A stretch of 64,000 bases of DNA from Paragordius varius. Its lineage: Eukaryota > Animalia > Nematomorpha. Below the pieces are notes generated by a model. The model did no database searches and was not told the DNA's origin. It saw only the letters and a list, made by a program, of their open reading frames with translations. A program made the position numbers and the translations under genes. The DNA is taken from assembly GCA_964247055.1 (NCBI GenBank), contig OZ176050.1, forward strand, positions 930,001 to 994,000. Direction: 5' to 3'. The stretch's first letter is position 1. Each line of letters begins with the position of its first letter. Of this stretch, positions 12,501-26,163 are shown piece after piece.

Positions 12501-15500
12501 TAAAATCCAAATTTGATCAGGTGATGTCACCATAATTTTTTTTTGGGTAGCCTTATGGTAGTTCCATCATCACCCCAAATATTTTGGGGATCCACTATAA
12601 ATGTAATTTTTATGAATTTTTTAAATATTTAAAAAATTTATTTTATACGATTTTAAAAATAAAAATGGCTACCTAAAATCCTAATTTGATCAGGTGATGT
12701 CACCATAATTTTTTTTTGGGTAGCCCTATGGTAGTTCCATCATCACCCCAAATATTTTGGGGATCGGACTATAAATGTAATTTTTATGAATTTTTTAAAT
12801 ATTTAAAAAATTTATTTTATACGATTTTAAAAATAAAAATGGCTACCTAAAATCCTAATTTGATCAGGTGATGTCGCCATAATTTTTTTTGGGTAGCCCT
12901 ATGGTAGTTCCATCATCACCCCAAATATTTTGGGGATCGGACTATAAATGTAATTTTCATGAATTTTTTAAATATTTAAAAAATTTATTTTATACGATTT
13001 TAAAAATAAAAATGGCTACCTAAAATCCAAATTTGATCAGGTGATGTCGCCATAATTTTTTTTGGGTAGCCCTATGGTAGTTCCATCATCACCCCAAATA
13101 TTTTGGGGATCGGACTATAAATGTAATTTTTATGAATTTTTTAAATATTTAAAAAATTTATTTTATACGATTTTAAAAAAAAAATGGCTACCTAAAATCC
13201 AAATTTGATCAGGTGATATCACCATAATTTTTTTGGGGTAGCCCTATGGTAGTTCCATCATCACCCCAAATATTTTGGGGATCGGACTATAAATGTAATT
13301 TTTATGAATTTTTTAAATATTTAAAAAATTTATTTTATACGATTTTAAAAATAAAAATGGCTACCTAAAATCCAAATTTGATCAGGTGATATCACCATAA
13401 TTTTTTTGGGGTAGCCCTATGGTAGTTCCATCATCACCCCAAATATTTTGGGGATCGGACTATAAATGTAATTTTTATGAATTTTTTAAATATTTAAAAA
13501 ATTTATTTTATACGATTTTAAAAATAAAAATGGCTACCTAAAATCCAAATTTCATCAGGTGATGTCGCCATAATTTTTTTTGGGTAGCCCTATGGTAGTT
13601 CCATCATAACCCCAAATATTTTTAAGATCGGACTTTAAATGTAATTTTTTTGAATTTTTTAAATATTTAAAAAATTTATTTTATACGATTTTAAAAATAA
13701 AAATGGCTACCTAAAATCCAAATTTGATCAGGTGATGTCACCATAATTTTTTTTGGGTAGCCCTATGGTAGTTCCATAATCACCCCAAATATTTTCGAGA
13801 TCGGAGTATAAATGTAATTTTTATGAATTTTTTAAATATTTAAAAAATTTATTTTATACGATTTTAAAAATAAAAATGGCTACCTAAAATCCAAATTTGA
13901 TCAGGTGATGTCACCATAATTTTTTTTGGGTAGCCCTATGGTAGTTCCATAATCACCCCAAATATTTTCGAGATCGGAGTATAAATGTAATTTTTATGAA
14001 TTTTTTAAATATTTAAAAAATTTATTTTATACGATTTTAAAAATAAAAATGGCTACCTAAAATCCAAATTTGATCAGGTGATGTCGCCATAATTTTTTTT
14101 GGGTAGCCCTATGGTAGTTCCATCATCACCCCAAATATTTTGGGGATCCACTATAAATGTAATTTTTATGAATTTTTTAAATATTTAAAAAATTTATTTT
14201 ATACGATTTTAAAAATAAAAATGGCTACCTAAAATCCAAATTTGATCAGGTGATGTCGCCATAATTTATTTTGCGTAGCCCTATGGTAGTTTCATCATCA
14301 CCCCAAATATTTTGGGGATCGGACTATAAATGTAATTTTTATGAATTTTTTAAATATTTAAAAAATTTATTTTATACGATTTTAAAAATAAAAATGGCTA
14401 CCTAAAATCCAAATTTGATCAGGTGATATCACCATATTTTTTTTGGGGTAGCCCTATGGTAGTTCCATCATCACCCCAAATATTTTGGGGATCGGACTAT
14501 AAATGTAATTTTTATGAATTTTTTAAATATTTAAAAAATTTATTTTATACGATTTTAAAAATAAAAATGGCTACCTAAAATCCAAATTTGATCAGGTGAT
14601 GTCACCATAATTTTTTTTGGGTAGCCCTATGGTAGTTCCATCATCACCCCAAATATTTTCGAGATCGGAGTATAAATGTAATTTTTATGAATTTTTTAAA
14701 TATTTAAAAAATTTATTTTATTTAAAAATAAAAATGGCTACCTAAAATCCAAATTTGATCAGGTGATGTCGCCATAATTTTTTTTGGGTAGCCCTATGGT
14801 AGTTCCATCATCACCCCAAATATTTTCGAGATCGGAGTATAAATGTAATTTATATGAATTTTTTAAATATTTAAAAAATTTATTTTATACGATTTTAAAA
14901 ATAAAAATGGCTACCTAAAATCCAAATTTGATCAGGTGATGTCACTATAATTTTTTTGGGTAGCCCTATGGTAGTTCCATCATCACCCCAAATATTTTGG
15001 GGATCGGACTATTGTAATTTTTATGAATTTTTTAAATATTTAAAAAATTTATTTTATACGATTTTAAAAATAAAAATGGCTACCTAAAATCCAAATTTGA
15101 TCAGGTGATGTCACTATAATTTTTTTGGGTAGCCCTATGGTAGTTCCATCATCACCCCAAATATTTTGGGGATCGGACTATAAATGTAATTTTTATGAAA
15201 ATTTTAAATATTTAAAAAATTTATTTTATACGATTTTAAAAATAAAAATGGCGACCTAAAATCCAAATTTGATCAGGTGATGTCACCATAATTTTTTTTT
15301 GGGTAGCCCTATGGTAGTTCCATCATCACCCCAAATATTTTGGGGATCGGACTATAAATGTAATTTTTATGAATTTTTTAAATATTTAAAAAATTTATTT
15401 TATACGATTTTAAAAATAAAAATGGCTACCTAAAATCCAAATTTGATCAGGTGATGTCGCCATAATTTTTTTTGGGTAGCCCTATGGTAGTTCCATCATC

Positions 15501-16879
15501 ACCCCAAATATTTTGGGGATCGGACTATAAATGTAATTTTCATGAATTTTTTAAATATTTAAAAAATTTATTTTATACGATTTTAAAAATAAAAATGGCT
15601 ACCTAAAATCCAAATTTGATCAGGTGATGTCACTATAATTTTTTTTGGGTAGCCCTATGGTAGTTCCATCATCACCCCAAATATTTTGGGGATCGGACTA
15701 TAAATGTAATTTTTATGAATTTTTTAAATATTTAAAAAATTTATTTTATACGATTTTAAAAATAAAAATGGCTACCTAAAATCCAAATTTGATCAGGTGA
15801 TGTCACAATAATTTTTTTGGGTAGCCCTATGGTAGTTCCATCATCACCCCAAATATTTTGGGGATCGGACTATAAATGTAATTTTTATGAAAATTTTAAA
15901 TATTTAAAAAATTTATTTTATACGATTTTAAAAATAAAAATGGCGACCTAAAATCCAAATTTGATCAGGTGATGTCACCATAATTTTTTTTTGGGTAGCC
16001 CTATGGTAGTTCCATCATCACCCCAAATATTTTGGGGATCGGACTATAAATGTAATTTTTATGAATTTTTTAAATATTTAAAAAATTTATTTTATACGAT
16101 TTTAAAAATAAAAATGGCTACCTAAAATCCAAATTTGATCAGGTGATGTCGCCATAATTTTTTTTGGGTAGCCCTATGGTAGTTCCATCATCACCCCAAA
16201 TATTTTGGGGATCGGACTATAAATGTAATTTTCATGAATTTTTTAAATATTTAAAAAATTTATTTTATACGATTTTAAAAATAAAAATGGCTACCTAAAA
16301 TCCAAATTTGATCAGGTGATGTCACTATAATTTTTTTTGGGTAGCCCTATGGTAGTTCCATCATCACCCCAAATATTTTGGGGATCGGACTATAAATGTA
16401 ATTTTTATGAATTTTTTAAATATTTAAAAAATTTATTTTATACGATTTTAAAAATAAAAATGGCTACCTAAAATCCAAATTTGATCAGGTGATGTCGCCA
16501 TAATTTTTTTTGGGTAGCCCTATGGTAGTTCCATCATCACCCCAAATATTTTGGGGATCGGACTATAAATGTAATTTTTATGAATTTTTTAAATATTTAA
16601 AAAATTTATTTTATACGATTTTAAAAATAAAAATGGCTACCTAAAATCCAAATTTGATCAGGTGATGTCACTATAATTTTTTTGGGTAGCCCTATGGTAG
16701 TTCCATCATCACCCCAAATATTTTGGGGATCGGACTATAAATGTAATTTTTATGAAAATTTTAAATATTTAAAAAATTTATTTTATACGATTTTAAAAAT
16801 AAAAATGGCGACCTAAAATCCAAATTTGATCAGGTGATGTCACCATAATTTTTTTTTGGGTAGCCCTATGGTAGTTCCA

Positions 16880-19800
16880 TCATCACCCCAAATATTTTGG
16901 GGATCGGACTATAAATGTAATTTTTATGAATTTTTTAAATATTTAAAAAATTTATTTTATACGATTTTAAAAAAAAAAATGGCTACCTAAAATCCAAATT
17001 TGATCAGGTGATGTCGCCATAATTTTTTTTGGGTAGCCCTATGGTAGTTCCATCATCACCCCAAATATTTTGGGGATCGGACTATAAATGTAATTTTTAT
17101 GAATTTTTTAAATATTTAAAAAATTTATTTTATACGATTTTAAAAATAAAAATGGCTACCTAAAATCCAAATTTGATCAGGTGATGTCACTATAATTTTT
17201 TTCGGTAGCCCTATGGTAGTTCCATCATCACCCCAAATATTTTGGGGATCGGACTATAAATGTAATTTTTATGAAAATTTTAAATATTTAAAAAATTTAT
17301 TTTATACGATTTTAAAAATAAAAATGGCGACCTAAAATCCAAATTTGATCAGGTGATGTCACCATAATTTTTTTTTGGGTAGCCCTATGGTAGTTCCATC
17401 ATCACCCCAAATATTTTGGGGATCCACTATAAATGTAATTTTTATGAATTTTTTAAATATTTAAAAAATTTATTTTATACGATTTTAAAAATAAAAATGG
17501 CTACCTAAAATCCTAATTTGATCAGGTGATGTCACCATAATTTTTTTTTGGGTAGCCCTATGGTAGTTCCATCATCACCCCAAATATTTTGGGGATCGGA
17601 CTATAAATGTAATTTTTATGAATTTTTTAAATATTTAAAAAATTTATTTTATACGATTTTAAAAATAAAAATGGCTACCTAAAATCCTAATTTGATCAGG
17701 TGATGTCGCCATAATTTTTTTTGGGTAGCCCTATGGTAGTTCCATCATCACCCCAAATATTTTGGGGATCGGACTATAAATGTAATTTTCATGAATTTTT
17801 TAAATATTTAAAAAATTTATTTTATACGATTTTAAAAATAAAAATGGCTACCTAAAATCCAAATTTGATCAGGTGATGTCGCCAAAATATTTTTTGGGTA
17901 GCCCTATAGTAGTTCCATCATCACCCCAAATATTTTCGAGATCGGAGTATAAATGTAATTTTTATGAATTTTTTAAATATTTAAAAAATTTATTTTATAC
18001 GATTTTAAAAATAAAAATGGCTACCTAAAATCCAAATTTGATCAGGTGATGTCACTATAATTTTTTTTGGGTAGCCCTATGGTAGTTCCATCATCACCCC
18101 AAATATTTTGGGGATCGGACTATAAATGTAATTTTTATGAATTTTTTAAATATTTAAAAAATTTATTTTATACGATTTTAAAAATAAAAATGGCTACCTA
18201 AAATCCAAATTTGATCAGGTGATGTCGCCATAATTTTTTTTGGGTAGCTCTATGGTAGTTCCATCATCACCCCAAATATTTTGGGGATCGGACTATAAAT
18301 GTAATTTTTATGAATTTTTTAAATATTTAAAAAATTTATTTTATACGATTTTAAAAATAAAAATGGCTACCTAAAATCCAAATTTGATCAGGTGATGTCG
18401 CCATAATTTTTTTTGGGTAGCCCTATGGTAGTTCCATCATCACCCCAAATATTTTGGGGATCGGACTATAAATGTAATTTTTATGAATTTTTTAAATATT
18501 TAAAAAATTTATTTTATACGATTTTAAAAATTAAAATGGCTACCTAAAATCCAAATTTGATCAGGTGATGTCACTATAATTTTTTTGGGTAGCCCTATGG
18601 TAGTTCCATCATCACCCCAAATATTTTGGGGATCGGACTATAAATGTAATTTTTATGAAAATTTTAAATATTTAAAAAATTTATTTTATACGATTTTAAA
18701 AATAAAAATGGCGAGCTAAAATCCAAATTTGATCAGGTGATGTCACCATAATTTTTTTTTGGGTAGCCCTATGGTAGTTCCATCATCACCCCAAATATTT
18801 TGGGGATCGGACTATAAATGTAATTTTTATGAATTTTTTAAATATTTAAAAAATTTATTTTATACGATTTTAAAAATAAAAATGGCTACCTAAAATCCAA
18901 ATTTGATCAGGTGATGTCGCCATAATTTTTTTTGGGTAGCCCTATGGTAGTTCCATCATCACCCCAAATATTTTGGGGATCCACTATAAATGTAATTTTT
19001 ATGAATTTTTTAAATATTTAAAAAATTTATTTTATACGATTTTAAAAATAAAAATGGCTACCTAAAATCCAAATTTGATCAGGTGATGTCGCCATAATTT
19101 ATTTTGCGTAGCCCTATGGTAGTTTCATCATCACCCCAAATATTTTGGGGATCGGACTATAAATGTAATTTTTATGAATTTTTTAAATATTTAAAAAATT
19201 TATTTTATACGATTTTAAAAATAAAAATGGCTACCTAAAATCCAAATTTGATCAGGTGATATCACCATAATTTTTTTGGGGTAGCCCTATGGTAGTTCCA
19301 TCATCACCCCAAATATTTTGGGGATCGGACTATAAATGTAATTTTTATGAATTTTTTAAATATTTAAAAAATTTATTTTATACGATTTTAAAAATAAAAA
19401 TGGCTACCTAAAATCCTAATTTGATCAGGTGATGTCGCCATAATTTTTTTTGGGTAGCCCTATGGTAGTTCCATCATCACCCCAAATATTTTGGGGATCG
19501 GACTATAAATGTAATTTTCATGAATTTTTTAAATATTTAAAAAATTTATTTTATACTATTTTAAAAATAAAAATGGCTGCCTAAAATCCAAATTTGATCA
19601 GGTGATGTCGCCATAATTTTTTTTGGGTAGCCCTATGGTAGTTCCATCATCACCCCAAATATTTTGGGGATCGGACTATAAATGTAATTTTTATGAATTT
19701 TTTAAATATTTAAAAAATTTATTTTATACGATTTTAAAAAAAAAATGGCTACCTAAAATCCAAATTTGATCAGGTGATATCACCATAATTTTTTTGGGGT

Positions 19801-22800
19801 AGCCCTATGGTAGTTCCATCATCACCCCAAATATTTTGGGGATCGGACTATAAATGTAATTTTTATGAATTTTTTAAATATTTAAAAAATTTATTTTATA
19901 CGATTTTAAAAATAAAAATGGCTACCTAAAATCCAAATTTGATCAGGTGATATCACCATAATTTTTTTGGGGTAGCCCTATGGTAGTTCCATCATCACCC
20001 CAAATATTTTGGGGATCGGACTATAAATGTAATTTTTATGAATTTTTTAAATATTTAAAAAATTTATTTTATACGATTTTAAAAATAAAAATGGCTACCT
20101 AAAATCCAAATTTGATCAGGTGATGTCGCCATAATTTTTTTTGGGTAGCCCTATGGTAGTTCCATCATAACCCCAAATATTTTTAAGATCGGACTTTAAA
20201 TGTAATTTTTTTGAATTTTTTAAATATTTAAAAAATTTATTTTATACGATTTTAAAAATAAAAATGGCTACCTAAAATCCAAATTTGATCAGGTGATGTC
20301 ACCATAATTTTTTTTGGGTAGCCCTATGGTAGTTCCATCATCACCCCAAATATTGTCGAGATCGGAGTATAAATGTAATTTTTTTGAATTTTTTAAATAT
20401 TTAAAAAATTTATTTTATACGATTTTAAAAATAAAAATGGCTACCTAAAATCCAAATTTGATCAGGTGATGTCACCATAATTTTTTTTGGGTAGCCCTAT
20501 GGTAGTTCCATAATCACCCCAAATATTTTCGAGATCGGTGTATAAATGTAATTTTTATGAATTTTTTAAATATTTAAAAAATTTATTTTATACGATTTTA
20601 AAAATAAAAATGGCTACCTAAAATCCAAATTTGATCAGGTGATGTCGCCATAATTTTTTTTGGGTAGCCCTATGGTAGTTCCATCATCACCCCAAATATT
20701 TTGGGGATCCACTATAAATGTAATTTTTATGAATTTTTTAAATATTTAAAAAATTTATTTTATACGATTTTAAAAATAAAAATGGCTACCTAAAATCCAA
20801 ATTTGATCAGGTGATGTCGCCATAATTTATTTTGCGTAGCCCTATGGTAGTTTCATCATCACCCTAAATATTTTGGGGATCGGACTATAAATGTAATTTT
20901 TATGAATTTTTTAAATATTTAAAAAATTTATTTTATACGATTTTAAAAATAAAAATGGCTACCTAAAATCCAAATTTGATCAGGTGATATCACCATAATT
21001 TTTTTGGGGTAGCCCTATGGTAGTTCCATCATCACCCCAAATATTTTGGGGATCGGACTATAAATGTAATTTTTATGAATTTTTTAAATATTTAAAAAAT
21101 TTATTTTATACGATTTTAAAAATAAAAATGGCTACCTAAAATCCAAATTTGATCAGGTGATGTCACCATAATTTTTTTTGGGTAGCCCTATGGTAGTTCC
21201 ATCATCACCCCAAATATTTTCGAGATCGGAGTATAAATGTAATTTTTATGAATTTTTTAAATATTTAAAAAATTTATTTTATTTAAAAATAAAAATGGCT
21301 ACCTAAAATCCAAATTTGATCAGGTGATGTCGCCATAATTTTTTTTGGGTAGCCCTATGGTAGTTCCATCATCACCCCAAATATTTTCGAGATCGGAGTA
21401 TAAATGTAATTTTTATGAATTTTTTAAATATTTAAAAAATTTATTTTATACGATTTTAAAAATAAAAATGGCTACCTAAAATCCAAATTTGATCAGGTGA
21501 TGTCACTATAATTTTTTTGGGTAGCCCTATGGTAGTTCCATCATCACCCCAAATATTTTGGGGATCGGACTATTGTAATTTTTATGAATTTTTTAAATAT
21601 TTAAAAAATTTATTTTATACGATTTTAAAAATAAAAATGGCTACCTAAAATCCAAATTTGATCAGGTGATGTCACTATAATTTTTTTAGGTAGCCCTATG
21701 GTAGTTCCATCATCACCCCAAATATTTTGGGGATCGGACTATAAATGTAATTTTTATGAATTTTTTAAATATTTAAAAAATTTATTTTATACGATTTTAA
21801 AAAAAAAATGGCTACCTAAAATCCAAATTTGATCAGGTGATGTCGCCATAATTTTTTTTGGGTAGCCCTATGGTAGTTCCATCATCACCCCAAATATTTT
21901 GGGGATCGGACTATAAATGTAATTTTTATGAATTTTTTAAATATTTAAAAAATTTATTTTATACGATTTTAAAAATAAAAATGGCTACCTAAAATCCAAA
22001 TTTGATCAGGTGATGTCACTATAATTTTTTTCGGTAGCCCTATGGTAGTTCCATCATCACCCCAAATATTTTGGGGATCGGACTATAAATGTAATTTTTA
22101 TGAAAATTTTAAATATTTAAAAAATTTATTTTATACGATTTTAAAAATAAAAATGGCGACCTAAAATCCAAATTTGATCAGGTGATGTCACCATAATTTT
22201 TTTTTGGGTAGCCCTATGGTAGTTCCATCATCACCCCAAATATTTTGGGGATCCACTATAAATGTAATTTTTATGAATTTTTTAAATATTTAAAAAATTT
22301 ATTTTATACGATTTTAAAAATAAAAATGGCTACCTAAAATCCTAATTTGATCAGGTGATGTCACCATAATTTTTTTTTGGGTAGCCCTATGGTAGTTCCA
22401 TCATCACCCCAAATATTTTGGGGATCGGACTATAAATGTAATTTTTATGAATTTTTTAAATATTTAAAAAATTTATTTTATACGATTTTAAAAATAAAAA
22501 TGGCTACCTAAAATCCTAATTTGATCAGGTGATGTCGCCATAATTTTTTTTGGGCAGCCCTATGGTAGTTCCATCATCACCCCAAATATTTTGGGGATCG
22601 GACTATAAATGTAATTTTCATGAATTTTTTAAATATTTAAAAAATTTATTTTATACGATTTTAAAAATAAAAATGGCTACCTAAAATCCAAATTTGATCA
22701 GGTGATGTCGCCAAAATATTTTTTGGGTAGCCCTATAGTAGTTCCATCATCACCCCAAATATTTTCGAGATCGGAGTATAAATGTAATTTTTATGAATTT

Positions 22801-25800
22801 TTTAAATATTTAAAAAATTTATTTTATACGATTTTAAAAATAAAAATGGCTACCTAAAATCCAAATTTGATCAGGTGATGTCACTATAATTTTTTTTGGG
22901 TAGCCCTATGGTAGTTCCATCATCACCCCAAATATTTTGGGGATCGGACTATAAATGTAATTTTTATGAATTTTTTAAATATTTAAAAAATTTATTTTAT
23001 ACGATTTTAAAAATAAAAATGGCTACCTAAAATCCAAATTTGATCAGGTGATGTCGCCATAATTTTTTTTGGGTAGCTCTATGGTAGTTCCATCATCACC
23101 CCAAATATTTTGGGGATCGGACTATAAATGTAATTTTTATGAATTTTTTAAATATTTAAAAAATTTATTTTATACGATTTTAAAAATAAAAATGGCTACC
23201 TAAAATCCAAATTTGATCAGGTGATGTCGCCATAATTTTTTTTGGGTAGCCCTATGGTAGTTCCATCATCACCCCAAATATTTTGGGGATCGGACTATAA
23301 ATGTAATTTTTATGAATTTTTTAAATATTTAAAAAATTTATTTTATACGATTTTAAAAATAAAAATGGCTACCTAAAATCCAAATTTGATCAGGTGATGT
23401 CACTATAATTTTTTTGGGTAGCCCTATGGTAGTTCCATCATCACCCCAAATATTTTGGGGATCGGACTATAAATGTAATTTTTATGAAAATTTTAAATAT
23501 TTAAAAAATTTATTTTATACGATTTTAAAAATAAAAATGGCGACCTAAAATCCAAATTTGATCAGGTGATGTCACCATAATTTTTTTTTGGGTAGCCCTA
23601 TGGTAGTTCCATCATCACCCCAAATATTTTGGGGATCGGACTATAAATGTAATTTTTATGAATTTTTTAAATATTTAAAAAATTTATTTTATACGATTTT
23701 AAAAATAAAAATGGCTACCTAAAATCCAAATTTGATCAGGTGATGTCGCCATAATTTTTTTTGGGTAGCCCTATGGTAGTTCCATCATCACCCCAAATAT
23801 TTTGGGGATCCACTATAAATGTAATTTTTATGAATTTTTTAAATATTTAAAAAATTTATTTTATACGATTTTAAAAATAAAAATGGCTACCTAAAATCCA
23901 AATTTGATCAGGTGATGTCGCCATAATTTATTTTGCGTAGCCCTATGGTAGTTTCATCATCACCCCAAATATTTTGGGGATCGGACTATAAATGTAATTT
24001 TTATGAATTTTTTAAATATTTAAAAAATTTATTTTATACGATTTTAAAAATAAAAATGGCTACCTAAAATCCAAATTTGATCAGGTGATATCACCATAAT
24101 TTTTTTGGGGTAGCCCTATGGTAGTTCCATCATCACCCCAAATATTTTGGGGATCGGACTATAAATGTAATTTTTATGAATTTTTTAAATATTTAAAAAA
24201 TTTATTTTATACGATTTTAAAAATAAAAATGGCTACCTAAAATCCTAATTTGATCAGGTGATGTCGCCATAATTTTTTTTGGGTAGCCCTATGGTAGTTC
24301 CATCATCACCCCAAATATTTTGGGGATCGGACTATAAATGTAATTTTCATGAATTTTTTAAATATTTAAAAAATTTATTTTATACGATTTTAAAAATAAA
24401 AATGGCTACCTAAAATCCAAATTTGATCAGGTGATGTCGCCATAATTTTTTTTGGGTAGCCCTATGGTAGTTCCATCATCACCCCAAATATTTTGGGGAT
24501 CGGACTATAAATGTAATTTTTATGAATTTTTTAAATATTTAAAAAATTTATTTTATACGATTTTAAAAAAAAAATGGCTACCTAAAATCCAAATTTGATC
24601 AGGTGATATCACCATAATTTTTTTGGGGTAGCCCTATGGTAGTTCCATCATCACCCCAAATATTTTGGGGATCGGACTATAAATGTAATTTTTATGAATT
24701 TTTAAATATTTAAAAAATTTATTTTATACGATTTTAAAAATAAAAATGGCTACCTAAAATCCAAATTTGATCAGGTGATATCACCATAATTTTTTTGGGG
24801 TAGCCCTATGGTAGTTCCATCATCACCCCAAATATTTTGGGGATCGGACTATAAATGTAATTTTTATGAATTTTTTAAATATTTAAAAAATTTATTTTAT
24901 ACGATTTTAAAAATAAAAATGGCTACCTAAAATCCAAATTTGATCAGGTGATGTCGCCATAATTTTTTTTGGGTAGCCCTATGGTAGTTCCATCATAACC
25001 CCAAATATTTTTAAGATCGGACTTTAAATGTAATTTTTTTGAATTTTTTAAATATTTAAAAAATTTATTTTATACGATTTTAAAAATAAAAATGGCTACC
25101 TAAAATCCAAATTTGATCAGGTGATGTCACCATAATTTTTTTTGGGTAGCCCTATGGTAGTTCCATAATCACCCCAAATATTTTCGAGATCGGAGTATAA
25201 ATGTAATTTTTATGAATTTTTTAAATATTTAAAAAATTTATTTTATACGATTTTAAAAATAAAAATGGCTACCTAAAATCCAAATTTGATCAGGTGATGT
25301 CACCATAATTTTTTTTGGGTAGCCCTATGGTAGTTCCATAATCACCCCAAATATTTTCGAGATCGGAGTATAAATGTAATTTTTATGAATTTTTTAAATA
25401 TTTAAAAAATTTATTTTATACGATTTTAAAAATAAAAATGGCTACCTAAAATCCAAATTTGATCAGGTGATGTCGCCATAATTTTTTTTGGGTAGCCCTA
25501 TGGTAGTTCCATCATCACCCCAAATATTTTGGGGATCCACTATAAATGTAATTTTTATGAATTTTATAAATATTTAAAAAATTTATTTTATACGATTTTA
25601 AAAATAAAAATGGCTACCTAAAATCCAAATTTGATCAGGTGATGTCGCCATAATTTATTTTGCGTAGCCCTATGGTAGTTTCATCATCACCCCAAATATT
25701 TTGGGGATCGGACTATAAATGTAATTTTTATGAATTTTTTAAATATTTAAAAAATTTATTTTATACGATTTTAAAAATAAAAATGGCTACCTAAAATCCA

Positions 25801-26163
25801 AATTTGATCAGGTGATATCACCATAATTTTTTTGGGGTAGCCCTATGGTAGTTCCATCATCACCCCAAATATTTTGGGGATCGGACTATAAATGTAATTT
25901 TTATGAATTTTTTAAATATTTAAAAAATTTATTTTATACGATTTTAAAAATAAAAATGGCTACCTAAAATCCAAATTTGATCAGGTGATGTCACCATAAT
26001 TTTTTTTGGGTAGCCCTATGGTAGTTCCATCATCACCCCAAATATTTTCGAGATCGGAGTATAAATGTAATTTTTATGAATTTTTTAAATATTTAAAAAA
26101 TTTATTTTATTTAAAAATAAAAATGGCTACCTAAAATCCAAATTTGATCAGGTGATGTCGCCA
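16880..26163 (+). repeat. Near-tandem 28-monomer duplication (offset 4,829 bp): ~16,880-21,335 and ~21,710-26,163
   Basis: Rare markers at identical offset: ttcggtag 17,203/22,032; gccaaaatatt 17,881/22,710; gggtagctc 18,242/23,071; A10 run 19,736/24,565. Confidence 0.9.
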
